The translations under genes and the position numbers were made by a program. Shown here piece after piece: positions 48,652-60,000 of a DNA stretch of 64,000 nt (its first letter is position 1; each line of letters starts with the position of its first letter). Source of the DNA: Candidatus Marifrigoribacter sp. Uisw_064 (GTDB lineage Bacteria; Bacteroidota; Bacteroidia; Flavobacteriales; Flavobacteriaceae); contig NZ_CP159833.1 in NCBI RefSeq assembly GCF_047730175.1, positions 1,381,144 to 1,445,143 on the forward strand, read 5' to 3'. The notes under the pieces were generated by a model, which worked only from the letters and a program-made list of their open reading frames with translations, had not been told where the DNA came from and did not search any database.

Positions 48652-48912
48652 ATGAAAATATCTGTAGAACTTACACTAACTCCATTACAAGATGATTATG
48701 AACCTGCAATTAAAGATTTCATAAAAAAATTAAGAGCATCTGGATTTACAATGATTGAAAACCCTTTAAGTACACAAGTGTATGGCGATTATGGCGAAGT
48801 AATGAGTATGCTAACTAATGAAATGAAAAATACGTTGGAATCAGTTAAAAGTGGAATTCTGTTTCTTAAAATTGTAAAATCTGATCGTAGCGATTATACT
48901 CCTAGTTTTTAA
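48652..48912 (+). CDS. YkoF/MTH1187 (DUF77) family thiamine-binding protein
   Basis: 86 aa with a ferredoxin-like fold sequence pattern of the MTH1187/YkoF family. Confidence 0.6.
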   Translation: MKISVELTLTPLQDDYEPAIKDFIKKLRASGFTMIENPLSTQVYGDYGEVMSMLTNEMKNTLESVKSGILFLKIVKSDRSDYTPSF

Positions 48913-48915
48913 AAC

Positions 48916-50712
48916 TTAATCGTTTAGTTTTAACACAGCCATAAATGCTTCTTGTGGGATTTCAACATTTCCAATTTGACGCATACGTTTTTTACCTTTT
49001 TTCTGTTTCTCCAGCAATTTTCTCTTACGTGAAATATCTCCACCGTAACATTTAGCGGTAACATCTTTACGTAATGCTTTTACGGTTTCTCTAGATATTA
49101 TTTTGGCACCAATTGCAGCCTGTATTGGAATGTCAAATTGTTGACGTGGTATTAGTTGGCGAAGTTTTTCACACATTTTTTTACCTATATCATACGCATT
49201 GTCTTGATGTAATAATGCAGATAAAGCATCTACAATATTTCCATTAAGTAATACATCTACTTTTACTAGTTTAGATTCACGTAAACCAATAGGTGAATAA
49301 TCGAAAGATGCATATCCTTTTGAAACTGTTTTTAAACGATCATAAAAATCGAATACAATTTCAGCTAAAGGCATATCAAAAGTTAATTCAACTCTTTGAG
49401 TAGTTAAATAAGTTTGATTAGTAAGCATACCTCTTTTCTCAATACAAAGCGACATTACAGAACCAACAAAATCAGCTTTTGTAATGATAGAAGCTTTTAT
49501 ATAAGGTTCTTCCATTCTGTTAAGGCTAGAAGGATCAGGTAAATCACTTGGATTATTAACTAATATAACTTTGTCGGGATATTTATTGGTATATGCTTGA
49601 TATGAAACGTTAGGAACCGTTGTTATTACTACCATATCGAATTCACGCTCAAGTCGTTCTTGAATAATTTCAAGATGTAACATTCCTAAAAATCCACATC
49701 GAAAACCAAATCCAAGTGCAGCAGAACTTTCAGGTATAAAAACAAGGGAAGCATCATTTAATTGAAGCTTTTCCATAGAAGATCGTAGCTCTTCATAATC
49801 TTCAGTATCAACAGGATAAATACCTGCAAAAACCATAGGTTTTACATCTTCAAACCCAGCGATAATATTCTGTGTTGGATTTTTAAAATCTGTGATGGTA
49901 TCACCCACTTTTACTTCTTTAGCTTCTTTTATACCTGTAATTAAATACCCAACATCTCCAGCTTTCACACTTGCTTTAGGTTCTTGTTTCAATTTTAAAG
50001 TACCAACTTCATCTGCAAAATATGATTTATTGGCATTGACAAATTTAATATGTTGTCCCTTTTTAATTTCACCATTCATTACCCTAAAATAGGTTTCAAC
50101 CCCCCTAAACGGATTATATACTGAATCGAAAATTAACGCTTGTAATGGTTCATCAACACTTCCAGATGGAGCAGGAATACGTTCTATAACTGCGGTTAAA
50201 ATTTCTTTTATTCCTTGCCCTGTCTTTGCACTCGCTGGAATCACTTCTTCAGGAGTACAACCTAAAAGAGCTACGATATCATCGGTTACTTCTTCTGGAT
50301 TTGCAGAAGGAAGATCTATTTTATTTAGTACAGGGATGATTTCTAAATCACAATCTAAAGCAAGATATAAATTAGAAATTGTTTGTGCTTGTATACTTTG
50401 AGCTGCATCAACAATTAATAAAGCTCCTTCACAAGCTGCAATTGAGCGAGAAACCTCGTATGAAAAATCTACGTGGCCAGGGGTATCAATTAAATTTAGA
50501 ATGTAGTTTTCACCCTCATGCATATATTCCATTTGTATAGCATGGCTTTTAATAGTAATTCCACGTTCACGCTCTAAATCCATACTGTCTAACAATTGAG
50601 CTTGTTCTTCACGTTCTGTAACAGTACCAGTATAACCTAATAGCCTATCTGCCAAAGTGCTTTTACCATGGTCGATATGTGCAATAATGCAAAAGTTGCG
50701 AATGTTTTTCAT
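48916..50712 (-). CDS. lepA: elongation factor 4
   Basis: [23 protein letters not shown]-domain. 598 aa with LepA C-terminal domain. Confidence 0.95.
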   Translation of the reverse strand: MKNIRNFCIIAHIDHGKSTLADRLLGYTGTVTEREEQAQLLDSMDLERERGITIKSHAIQMEYMHEGENYILNLIDTPGHVDFSYEVSRSIAACEGALLIVDAAQSIQAQTISNLYLALDCDLEIIPVLNKIDLPSANPEEVTDDIVALLGCTPEEVIPASAKTGQGIKEILTAVIERIPAPSGSVDEPLQALIFDSVYNPFRGVETYFRVMNGEIKKGQHIKFVNANKSYFADEVGTLKLKQEPKASVKAGDVGYLITGIKEAKEVKVGDTITDFKNPTQNIIAGFEDVKPMVFAGIYPVDTEDYEELRSSMEKLQLNDASLVFIPESSAALGFGFRCGFLGMLHLEIIQERLEREFDMVVITTVPNVSYQAYTNKYPDKVILVNNPSDLPDPSSLNRMEEPYIKASIITKADFVGSVMSLCIEKRGMLTNQTYLTTQRVELTFDMPLAEIVFDFYDRLKTVSKGYASFDYSPIGLRESKLVKVDVLLNGNIVDALSALLHQDNAYDIGKKMCEKLRQLIPRQQFDIPIQAAIGAKIISRETVKALRKDVTAKCYGGDISRKRKLLEKQKKGKKRMRQIGNVEIPQEAFMAVLKLND

Positions 50713-50926
50713 AAATAGTCAACATTAAGTCGAGGGTACAAATATAGATTAAAAACATAGTTAATTATAATTACTGTTTATCGAAAAAAAAACCTTTTTT
50801 GTTTATTAGAAAGATAAATAATTACATCTTTGTAAGGATATTGATTAATTTTTAAAAATATTTCATCTCCCCAAAGATTTATTTTAATAAAAAGGTTAGT
50901 AAATTATTACGTAAAAACTTTTATTT

Positions 50927-53344
50927 ATGAAGTCTCTGCAAGAAATATTTTTGCTTTTGTTTTTAGCGCTGCCACTTCTGCTTTTTTCCCAAAACTATAA
51001 AATTGAAGGAAAAGTAGTAGATATAAATAATCGTCCGCTATCATTTGTTAATATTTTGTTGTTTGAAAATGATGTAACAACACCTTTCACAGGTACAGCA
51101 ACAGGTGAAAGTGGGGTTTTTCAAATTAAAAATTTAGCGGCTAAAGAATATTCCTTAGAAATTTCAATGATAGGGTATCATACTGTTTCAAGAAGATTAC
51201 ATTTTTCAGAAAATAGTAATCTTGGAATTATTCAATTAAAGGAAAATGTTGAATCTTTAGATGAAGCTGTAATTAAAGTAAGGCGACCTACTATTAAAAG
51301 AGCGCCTGGAAAACTTATTTTTAATGTAGAAAACAGCTCTCTTTCTACTGGAAATACATTCAATTTATTAACGAGAACACCCGGTGTTTTGATTATCGGA
51401 GATGATATTTCAGTTAAAAAAACAAAACCAATTATTTACATCAATGACAAACGAGTGTATTTAACTTCGTCTGAGTTATCTGGGCTTTTAAAAAGTATGG
51501 ATGCTTCTAATATTAAATCTATTGAGGTAATTACAAACCCATCTGTCAAATATGATGCAGAAGCGACAACAGTATTAAATATTATTACCTCTAGGGCTGT
51601 TTCTATAGGTTATAAAGGTTCAGTAAACACAACTTGGGAACAAGCAATATTTTCTAAATATAGATTTTCAACAGCTCATTATTATAAAAATCATTGGTTG
51701 AATGCCTATGCGAGTTATAGTTTTAGTCCAAGAAAAGACTTTAAGCAAGATGATAACTATATTCACTTCTTTAATCAAGATAATGTTTCAAGAAAATCTG
51801 TTTGGGAATCGGATTTTGAAAAAGTAACACATTCTAAAGCGCATCAAGGGAATGTGATTTTAGATTTTACTTTGAATGAAAAGAATAGCTTAAATTTTTC
51901 AACAACGGCAATAGTTTCTCCAAATAAGACATTTAATAATACTGTTTATGGAGAAATATTTGATGCGCAACAGCAATTAGATTTTGTTTTTAACTCAGCA
52001 AGTAATCTAGAATATGACACTGCTAATCTTTCGTTTAATTTAGAACATAATGTTAAGCTTGATGAAGAAGGAGCCCAGCTTTCTACTTTAGTACATTATA
52101 TTAATTATAATAATGAGCGAACTCAAGTTTTAAATACTGAGTATAGCCTTCCTTCAGGAACTTTATTAAATACCGTTAATTTCTTTACAGATGCAAAGCA
52201 AGACAGTAATATATTTACAGGGCAAACCGATTTTAATAAGAAGCTAGGAGAGGGTAATTTTGAAGCAGGTTTAAAATATTCTCATATCAATACAGAAAGT
52301 GGCTTACACTTTTTTAATATTGAAAATGATGTCTTAGAATATGTAGAAGCAAACTCAGACCTATTTGTCTATGCGGAGTCAATTTTTGCAGGCTATATAA
52401 ATTATGCCAAAAAATGGGGAAAATGGAATATTAGTGCTGGCTTAAGAGGAGAATACACTGATGTTAAAGGAGATTCTAGATCGCTAGGTATCATTAATAA
52501 GCAGGATTATTTTGATATTTTTCCAGCAGTATCTGCTTTATACAAAATCAACGATGACAATGTTTTTGAAATAAACTATAGAAGAAGTATTGAACGTCCG
52601 AGGTTTCAAAGTTTAAATCCGTTTTCATATTTTATTACAGATAATATAATGAATATGGGGAATCCAAATTTAGTTCCTACAATTAAAAATAAATACCTGA
52701 TAAGCTATATTTTAAAAAATAAATGGACTTTTGAAGCCTATTATATTTACAAAAAAGACCCACTTGCCTTATTAAGTTTTCAGGACAACGAAAACAATTC
52801 TACTCAAAATATTGATGCCAATATTATTCATGACATTAATTATAGCCTTGATATTTCTTATTATTCATCATTGTGTTCTTGGTGGTCTTTATATGTTTAC
52901 ACTTCTACTTATTATGTAGAAAACGAGTTTTTTGCATTGGCAAGCCCACAAGAGACTTATAAAAATGACACTTATGGGTTTTATGCTCAAATGTATAGTA
53001 GTGTAACATTATCTAAAGACAAAACCTTCACAAGTGATATTAATACGTCCTATATTTCAAATGTAATTTCGGGCTCTGTTAACTACAAAAACCAGTTTAT
53101 TACTTCGGTTTCTTTCAGAAAATCAATATGGAAAAAAAGAGCAAGTATAACTGTGGGTGTTGATGATATTTTTAATACTAATAATATTCTTGTAACTTCA
53201 AGATATTACAATCAAGATAATAGTTATTTTGCTAAATCTGAATCTAGATTATTTAGATTAGGGTTTAAATATAACTTCGGAAATACTCGCTTAAGAGATA
53301 ATAATAGATCTTCAAGCATCAATGAATCTGAAAGATTAGATTAA
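50927..53344 (+). CDS. outer-membrane beta-barrel protein with N-terminal carboxypeptidase-regulatory-like domain (TonB-dependent receptor-like)
   Basis: Signal peptide. YKIEGKVVD…FVNILLFE CarbopepD_reg-like domain. Long beta-strand-rich C-terminus ending in an aromatic-rich barrel. Confidence 0.6.
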   Translation: MKSLQEIFLLLFLALPLLLFSQNYKIEGKVVDINNRPLSFVNILLFENDVTTPFTGTATGESGVFQIKNLAAKEYSLEISMIGYHTVSRRLHFSENSNLGIIQLKENVESLDEAVIKVRRPTIKRAPGKLIFNVENSSLSTGNTFNLLTRTPGVLIIGDDISVKKTKPIIYINDKRVYLTSSELSGLLKSMDASNIKSIEVITNPSVKYDAEATTVLNIITSRAVSIGYKGSVNTTWEQAIFSKYRFSTAHYYKNHWLNAYASYSFSPRKDFKQDDNYIHFFNQDNVSRKSVWESDFEKVTHSKAHQGNVILDFTLNEKNSLNFSTTAIVSPNKTFNNTVYGEIFDAQQQLDFVFNSASNLEYDTANLSFNLEHNVKLDEEGAQLSTLVHYINYNNERTQVLNTEYSLPSGTLLNTVNFFTDAKQDSNIFTGQTDFNKKLGEGNFEAGLKYSHINTESGLHFFNIENDVLEYVEANSDLFVYAESIFAGYINYAKKWGKWNISAGLRGEYTDVKGDSRSLGIINKQDYFDIFPAVSALYKINDDNVFEINYRRSIERPRFQSLNPFSYFITDNIMNMGNPNLVPTIKNKYLISYILKNKWTFEAYYIYKKDPLALLSFQDNENNSTQNIDANIIHDINYSLDISYYSSLCSWWSLYVYTSTYYVENEFFALASPQETYKNDTYGFYAQMYSSVTLSKDKTFTSDINTSYISNVISGSVNYKNQFITSVSFRKSIWKKRASITVGVDDIFNTNNILVTSRYYNQDNSYFAKSESRLFRLGFKYNFGNTRLRDNNRSSSINESERLD

Positions 53345-53407
53345 TTGATTTAACAATATTATTTATAACTAAAAAATCTTTTAATATTCTTTACTTTTGC
53401 AAAGTAT

Positions 53408-54406
53408 ATGGCAAAAATAGGAAATATAGACGTTGGAGACTTCCCTTTACTTTTAGCACCAATGGAAGATGTGAGTGATCCTCCTTTTCGTGCACTTTGT
53501 AAAGAACAAGGTGCCGATGTGGTGTATACAGAATTTATTTCTTCAGAAGGGCTTATTCGTGATGCTGCAAAAAGCGTCATGAAGCTTGATATTTATGAAA
53601 AAGAACGCCCTGTAGGAATCCAAATATTTGGAGCAAACCTAGAGTCAATGCTGAGAAGTGTTGAAATTGTGGAAGCTTCAAATCCAGATATTATAGATAT
53701 AAACTTCGGTTGCCCTGTAAAAAAGGTAGTGAGTAAAGGAGCAGGAGCAGGAATATTAAAAGATATTGACCTAATGGTGAGTTTAACGGAAGCAATGGTT
53801 AAACACACCAATTTACCAATCACGGTTAAAACTCGACTGGGTTGGGATGAGCATACTATTAGAATAGTTGAAGTTGCAGAAAGATTACAAGATGTAGGCT
53901 GTCAGGCAATTGCTATTCATGGACGTACCCGTGCTCAAATGTATAAAGGTGAAGCTAATTGGAAGCCCATTTCAGAAGTAAAAAATAATCAAAGAATGCA
54001 CATTCCTGTGTTTGGTAATGGTGATATAAATACACCTGAAAAAGCAATGGAAATGCGAGATGTTTATGGCTTAGATGGAGCTATGATTGGAAGAGCAAGC
54101 ATAGGTAATCCTTGGTTTTTTAATCAAGTAAAACATTATTTTAAAACAGGAACCCATTCTGCTCTCCCTACAATGTCTGAAAGAATAGATGCTGCAAGAA
54201 GACATTTACAAATGGCTATTGATTGGAAAGGTGACATTTTAGGCGTTTTAGAAACTCGAAGACATTATACCAATTACTTTAAGGGAATACCAGACTTTAA
54301 ACCGTATCGAATTAAAATGGTTACCAGTGATGATGCTAAAGATGTGTTTGCGGCCTTTGATGAGGCTTTAGATGTGTTTGGAGATTATCATTTTTCTAGA
54401 CCCTAA
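53408..54406 (+). CDS. dusB: tRNA-dihydrouridine synthase
   Basis: LLAPMEDVSD…INFGCP are Dus family TIM-barrel motifs. Confidence 0.88.
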   Translation: MAKIGNIDVGDFPLLLAPMEDVSDPPFRALCKEQGADVVYTEFISSEGLIRDAAKSVMKLDIYEKERPVGIQIFGANLESMLRSVEIVEASNPDIIDINFGCPVKKVVSKGAGAGILKDIDLMVSLTEAMVKHTNLPITVKTRLGWDEHTIRIVEVAERLQDVGCQAIAIHGRTRAQMYKGEANWKPISEVKNNQRMHIPVFGNGDINTPEKAMEMRDVYGLDGAMIGRASIGNPWFFNQVKHYFKTGTHSALPTMSERIDAARRHLQMAIDWKGDILGVLETRRHYTNYFKGIPDFKPYRIKMVTSDDAKDVFAAFDEALDVFGDYHFSRP

Positions 54407-55602
54407 GAAAGTAGTTTTTTTCGCACTCTACTCGATGCAATTTTTGAGGCTATAATTCCTAAAACAGTAATAGTAATAAAAACGATAACTATATTTAATA
54501 CGCTTAATCTTACTGGGTACGATAATGAGCTTGTAATCATTATAAAGCTAAATTTTAACTGAAGAAATACAGCAATAACACCTAATAAAATTCCAACGAA
54601 ACCACCTAAAGTTGTCATTAAAACTCCCTGAAGGAAAAATATCCTGCGAATTTCACTAATTTTTGCACCTAAATCGAACAAGGTTTTAATGTTTTTCCTC
54701 TTATCGAGAATCATCATTGTAATTGATCCTATTACGTTGAATAACGCAATAATAAGAACCAAAGTGAAAATTAGATACACCGCGAGATTTTCCGTGTTCA
54801 ACATTTTAAACAATGCATCATTTTGTTGAATTCTGTTTTTAATAATAATATCTTCTGAAAAAATTGTGGTCAGTTGATTGCGGATAGATTCTTCAGAAAT
54901 CAGCGGGTCTATTTTAAATTCTATGGTAGAAATTTTATCTTTTTCTAATTTCAGAAGTGAGCGCGCAAAATCGATATCTGAAAAAACATATTTGTTGTCC
55001 AAATCTTCATTTACTTGATAAATACCAGAAACCACAGCATTTTGTTTGGTAAATGCTTTTGAAGGGTCTGTAATTTGACCTACGCCAGGTTTTGGCACAT
55101 AAATTTCTAGCGCATTCGAATAATCATAGGTTCCTAATGAAAGTTTTGAAACGGTTCCAAAGCCAACAACTACCTCATTATTATTTGGGCTAAACCAATT
55201 ATCAAAATATAAAATACTATCAATTGAGTTTACTTTCGCGTAGTTAGTATCTACTCCTTTAATATAAGCGATATGGTTTTTCCCTCGGTAATGTAGAAAA
55301 ACACGCTCTTCAATGATTTTTGAATAACTAATAATTCCATCAACAGCATTGATTTTCTCCTCTAAATTATCCTGAAAAGAAATCGTTTTCCCATTTGCAG
55401 GATAAATTTTTAAATCTGAATCAAATACATCGGTAAATTGTAGGCTAAAATCTTTTAATCCTGAAAAGCCAGAGAGTACTATAAATAATGACATGGCTCC
55501 TAATACAACACCAACGGCAGCTATTCCAGTAATAATATTAATAGCATTATTACTGCTTTTTGAAAACAGGTATCGTTTGGCAATGTAAAGAGAGAAATTC
55601 AC
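54403..55602 (-). CDS. ABC transporter permease, FtsX-like (LolC/E family)
   Basis: MNFSLYIAKRYLFSKS N-terminus, four TM segments, large periplasmic loop. Confidence 0.8.
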   Translation of the reverse strand: MNFSLYIAKRYLFSKSSNNAINIITGIAAVGVVLGAMSLFIVLSGFSGLKDFSLQFTDVFDSDLKIYPANGKTISFQDNLEEKINAVDGIISYSKIIEERVFLHYRGKNHIAYIKGVDTNYAKVNSIDSILYFDNWFSPNNNEVVVGFGTVSKLSLGTYDYSNALEIYVPKPGVGQITDPSKAFTKQNAVVSGIYQVNEDLDNKYVFSDIDFARSLLKLEKDKISTIEFKIDPLISEESIRNQLTTIFSEDIIIKNRIQQNDALFKMLNTENLAVYLIFTLVLIIALFNVIGSITMMILDKRKNIKTLFDLGAKISEIRRIFFLQGVLMTTLGGFVGILLGVIAVFLQLKFSFIMITSSLSYPVRLSVLNIVIVFITITVLGIIASKIASSRVRKKLLS

Positions 55603-55998
55603 TTATATGTTTTTTCTTTTCTGAAGTAAATTTTCGTTTTTAATTGGGTTCTCTTCTCCTTTTATAGCTTCTCCAATATTATTAATATACTCTAATGAAT
55701 CATCATTATAAAAAACTAAATCTGGCATTTTTCTAAGCTGATGTTTTGTTTTTTGAGCAATTTGATGTTTAATTCTTGGTTTATTTTCATTTAATTCGGT
55801 TACAATTAAAGCGCCTTTATCAGCAGGGAACACACTAACAAATACCTTTGAAAGTGATAAATCTGTAGTAACCGTTACTTTTGTTACGGATATAATAACT
55901 CCTTTTTGACCTCCGTCTAGCAGCATTTTTTGTAAAACAATAGCAAGATCATTTTGTAATACCCCAGCTATTTTTTTTTGTCTATTCGTTTCTTCCAT
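55603..55998 (-). CDS. rbfA: ribosome-binding factor A
   Basis: MEETNRQKKIAGVLQNDL is the typical RbfA start. ATG at 55998 is preferred over the track's start at 56016. Confidence 0.85.
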   Translation of the reverse strand: MEETNRQKKIAGVLQNDLAIVLQKMLLDGGQKGVIISVTKVTVTTDLSLSKVFVSVFPADKGALIVTELNENKPRIKHQIAQKTKHQLRKMPDLVFYNDDSLEYINNIGEAIKGEENPIKNENLLQKRKNI

Positions 55999-56121
55999 GC
56001 TACAAAAGTACCACATTTCAGTAATTGTAATTTTTTATTACGTAAAGTTTTTACATAAAGGGTTAAATTTGCAGTCTAGAAAGCATTTATTATAATTATA
56101 ATTTATTAAAAATTAAATTAA

Positions 56122-56532
56122 ATGGAAAAAATTGAACATTTAGGGATTGCTGTGAAAGACTTAAAAGCTGCTAATAAAGTGTACGAAAGTTTATTTGGAT
56201 ATACGCATTATAAAACAGAAACTATTGAAAGTGAAGGGGTAAGAACATCTTTTTTTAAATGTGGAGATAATAAAATTGAGTTACTAGAAGCTACAACAGA
56301 CGACAGTCCTATTGCAAAGTTTATAGAAAAGCGAGGAGAAGGTATTCATCATGTCGCTTTTGCAGTAAAAGATATTAATGCAGAGATAAACAGATTAAAA
56401 AAAGAAGGTTTTATTATTTTAAATGAAAAGCCTAAAAAAGGGGCAGACAATAAGTTAGTGGTATTTATACACCCAAAATCTACAAATGGGGTTCTAATCG
56501 AACTTTGTCAAGAAATAAATAATGAGAAATAG
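56122..56532 (+). CDS. methylmalonyl-CoA epimerase (VOC/glyoxalase family)
   Basis: 136 aa. IEHLGIAV…GEGIHHVAF and other VOC metal-ligand positions. Confidence 0.8.
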   Translation: MEKIEHLGIAVKDLKAANKVYESLFGYTHYKTETIESEGVRTSFFKCGDNKIELLEATTDDSPIAKFIEKRGEGIHHVAFAVKDINAEINRLKKEGFIILNEKPKKGADNKLVVFIHPKSTNGVLIELCQEINNEK

Positions 56533-56576
56533 TTTGTAGGGTATCTAAAGTATTATAAATTTGCAAAAATAAATTA

Positions 56577-56650
56577 GGTCCCATAGCTCAGCTGGTTAGA
56601 GCACCTGACTCATAATCAGGGGGTCCATGGTTCGAGCCCATGTGGGACCA
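56577..56650 (+). tRNA. tRNA-Met (anticodon CAU; could alternatively be lysidine-modified tRNA-Ile2)
   Basis: Cloverleaf has acceptor GGTCCCA/TGGGACC, D-stem GCTC/GAGC, anticodon stem CCTGA/TCAGG with loop CTCATAA, T-arm CATGG-TTCGAGC-CCATG. CCA is not encoded. A terminator hairpin follows at 56662-56690. Confidence 0.9.
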
Positions 56651-57036
56651 CTAGTAATAATAAGCCTTACAGAGATGTAGGGCTTTTTTTGTGCATTATG
56701 GCAAACATAGGTCAAACATTTCTATTTAATAAACCATGCTTTTGTTAGGTTTGATTTATGAAAAGTACAGCAGGGTATTCATTAGTATTTTTTGACTGGT
56801 ATTTATAAAATAAAATAAACAAAGACCTAAAATAATACTACTAAGCAGCTTTTTCACTAATGGAGCATGTAAGGAATTTCCTTTTTGCTAGACATCAAAC
56901 AATTCTCGATTTTCCCCCGATTAAATTCTATTACCATGCTTGTTGGAGCTGATTTAGGAAAAAGGACTACTAGTGTCTTATATTTTATTCTAATAAAGAA
57001 TAAAAATCTTTGTAATTTTGTAAATTACTTTTTTAT

Positions 57037-57435
57037 ATGATTTATGAAACCCTTACCATAGCAGTCGATTTTGACGGGACCATCGTAGATGATGCCTATC
57101 CAAAAGTTGGAAAAGAAAAACTATTTGCTTTTGAAACGTTAAAGAAGCTTCAAGAAAAAGGACATCGATTAATTTTATGGACCTATAGAAGTGGGAGAAT
57201 GCTGGAGGAAGCTATTCAATTTTGCAAAGCAAATGGAATAACTTTTTATTCTGTAAATAGTAGTTTTCCTGAGGAGATATTTGATGAAAAATATAGTAGA
57301 AAAATTAATGCAGATGTATTTATTGACGATCGAAATATTGGGGAGGTGTTAGGTTGGGGTGAAGTTTATCAAACACTCTTAAAAGAAGAAGCTCCATTAC
57401 AAAAAAAGAAGAAAAAAAACTGGTTCGGTTTTTAA
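57037..57435 (+). CDS. HAD-superfamily phosphatase-like protein (nucleotidase/PNK-phosphatase-like), orphan
   Basis: N-terminal DxDGT motif (AVDFDGTIVDD), second Asp-containing motif (VFIDDR), and a Lys-rich tail. Confidence 0.5.
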   Translation: MIYETLTIAVDFDGTIVDDAYPKVGKEKLFAFETLKKLQEKGHRLILWTYRSGRMLEEAIQFCKANGITFYSVNSSFPEEIFDEKYSRKINADVFIDDRNIGEVLGWGEVYQTLLKEEAPLQKKKKKNWFGF

Positions 57436-57782
57436 AAAACAATGTATGATTATAACAAAAACCAAAGAAGAATTGAATGGTATTTATATGAATTTATAAA
57501 ATTGAGAATCAATCTTTTTTTAATCATCATCACTTTGCTTTAACTTCTACTTAATTGATTTTTTTTTAAAGTATTTATCTGCACTTTCTAAACTTAGTTA
57601 ATTAAGTCTTTTAAGTTATTATAGCGCATTCTTTTTTCTAAATAAGATATTAGCTCTTACATAAATTGATTCGTATAAAAGGTTCTTTACATTTCTTTGG
57701 ATCTAATAACGCCATTCATTTATTGGAAATTGATAAATGTTTAGTACTCATACTAGTACTTTTTATTTATTTTTATTCACCG

Positions 57783-57810
57783 GATACGGATTCCCGTACC
57801 TTTTTTTTGT
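57783..57810 (+). terminator. candidate intrinsic terminator in 850-bp AT-rich non-coding region
   Basis: GATACGG-ATTC-CCGTACC followed by TTTTTTTT. No plus-strand CDS lies upstream within 350 nt. Confidence 0.3.
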
Positions 57811-58285
57811 TTTATAGCTTTAGTTTTGAATAATTACAATGAATTTATTTTCCCTGCAATATTTTTTATGAACACATTAATAAAAAGGAGACTGAAAAAG
57901 AACAATTAAATGCGTTTAAAAGGATTTAATAGACACTTAATCGATTAAAAAAATCATATTTTTTTAAATTTTTATGCACAATCATCGTAACTATCTGATC
58001 TAGTGAGTTTTAAAATTTGCAATGAATTACAGTAAATTTTTGACAGTTATGTACATTTTTGTACATTGTGAATGGATGAACTAGTCCTAATAATTTAATA
58101 AAACTCCCCGTATTTTTTTATTTAGTGTTTGATTTGTGATTTTTTTACAACTCAAGAAGCTAAACTAGTAATTAAACTAAAAATACTTCCCCATTAATAT
58201 GGGAGTGAAAGAAGCGAAGCTGTGAACTCTCCTCAAATAAAAGCAATTAATAATTCAGAGATTTCTAATATCTAACAAGAACAAA

Positions 58286-58810
58286 ATGAGTCTTATTACA
58301 CCAATTCAAAAGCCAACTAATTGGTTTGCGATTTATACAAAATCTAGATCTGAAAAAAAGGTTTTTGAACGATTAAATGATGCGGGTTATGAAAGTTTCC
58401 TTCCTTTGACAACAGAGGTTAGGCAATGGTCCGATAGAAAGAAAAAAGTGAAGTCCCCACTTATAAAGTCCTATGTTTTTGTAAAGGTTAAGAAAAAAGG
58501 CTTAGTGCCAATTTATAATATTCCTGGAGTAGTTACGGTATTAAAACATTTAGGAGAACCAGCTATTGTAAAAGAAGTTGAAATTAATAATTTAAAAATA
58601 TTAACCAATAATAGCGAAGCTACAAAAATAGTAGCGGCTATTAGCTTAAAAAGTGGTAAGCCAGTGCAAGTAGTTTACGGTCCATTTGAAGGTTTAATTG
58701 CGATATACTTATCAAATAGTGGCAAGCATAGAGTTATTGTAAAAGTGGAAGCTTTAAATAGTTTTACTGAAATTACATTACCACTAAGCCACATTAAAAA
58801 AATAGCATAA
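58286..58810 (+). CDS. UpxY-family transcription antiterminator (NusG paralog)
   Basis: NGN domain (WFAIYTKSRSEKKVFERL) plus KOW-like C-terminus. Sits at the head of the polysaccharide locus after a long leader. Confidence 0.75.
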   Translation: MSLITPIQKPTNWFAIYTKSRSEKKVFERLNDAGYESFLPLTTEVRQWSDRKKKVKSPLIKSYVFVKVKKKGLVPIYNIPGVVTVLKHLGEPAIVKEVEINNLKILTNNSEATKIVAAISLKSGKPVQVVYGPFEGLIAIYLSNSGKHRVIVKVEALNSFTEITLPLSHIKKIA

Positions 58811-59458
58811 AATTATTGTATTAAGTGTTTGTGCCTTTTAACTTATTAAACCCGCATCATTTAATCGTTCTCAACCCTTCTTAGAGGAAAAGTAAAAAAA
58901 AAGCATCGATATATCGATAAAACATTTAAAGTGCAACAACCATATTATAAACATTATAGATCACTGAACGATAGAATAGTCATTATAAGCTAATCCAACT
59001 ATAGGATTTGTTTCCCTACTAATAATTATGACTCTCTATTTTATGCAACTAGTAGCGTACGTTTATTCAATTTAATACTATAAAACCCCAAACTATGATT
59101 TTAACAATTAACACCCAAGCTTTAGATTTAATCAAAAAAGTTTTAAGAGTACTATTAATTTTCTCTGTTGCTATAATTTTATTAACGACAGTTGGATTTG
59201 TAATGTTTTCTTAATAATGCCAAATCATCCTGCTATTGCAAAGCGGTAACAAAGCTTCGAAAAACGCATCGATATTCCCATTAGGTTAGGGTAAAATCGA
59301 TACACGACGAGCAAGCTCTTGAAACACATTAATTAAACCTAAAACCACTCTTTCATTGCGAGGAGCTCTGATACTTATCTGATAACGTGGCAATCTCTTT
59401 AAACAATACTCAAACTGTTCACCAGAAGTCGCTGCTAGAATAAATAGCAAAGATCTAA

Positions 59459-59486
59459 TGGTCATCCTGAACTTGATTCAGGATCT
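59459..59486. repeat. solo copy of palindromic repeat module D
   Basis: Sequence GGTCATCCTGAACTTGATTCAGGATC. Confidence 0.7.
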
Positions 59487-59598
59487 ATTAGCTTCTGTAC
59501 TATCATCACAATAGATTCTGTCTCGCAGTACGGAATGAAAAGTAACCTAACAGCGTAGCAGGCTAAAAATATTTTATCAGATAACATTCCTTTTTTAT

Positions 59599-59976
59599 AT
59601 GAGTAAATTATTATTTGAAGAAGAAAGTTACTTAGTAATAGGTACTTGTATCGAAGTTCATAAACAACTAGGGAATAGCTTTTATAAAGAAGTTTATAAC
59701 GAAGTACTACAGAAGGAATTTATTAAAAGAAAGATCCCTTTTGAAAGACAAAAAAAATTACCTCTCTATTATGACGGAATGCTATTAAAAAAACAATTTA
59801 CCGCCGATTTTGTTTGTTTCGGTAAAATAATTGTCGATTTGGAATTTGGGAAAATTAATTTGGAAAACGAAAAAAATCAAATGATTAACTATTTAAAAGC
59901 TACCCACTTTAAACTTGGCTTTATCATTAATTTTAGTGGAAAGAGTTTAAAATGGAAACGATTTATAAACACCTAA
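59599..59976 (+). CDS. GxxExxY family protein (PD-(D/E)XK-like)
   Basis: 125 aa. LLFEEESYLVIGTCIEVHKQLGNSFYKEVY contains the GxxExxY signature. Confidence 0.7.
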   Translation: MSKLLFEEESYLVIGTCIEVHKQLGNSFYKEVYNEVLQKEFIKRKIPFERQKKLPLYYDGMLLKKQFTADFVCFGKIIVDLEFGKINLENEKNQMINYLKATHFKLGFIINFSGKSLKWKRFINT

Positions 59977-60000
59977 CATATTTTTATTTCTTAACTATAT

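Noticed and set aside
53359-53823. Minus-strand ORFs 53359..53580 and 53593..53823
   Set aside because: They overlap dusB on the opposite strand. No support.
59281-59457. About 59-aa minus-strand ORF (MTIRSLLFILAATSGEQFEYCLKRL…)
   Set aside because: No recognisable family. It starts inside repeat module D and is probably a fragment or spurious. Mentioned only as part of the decayed region.
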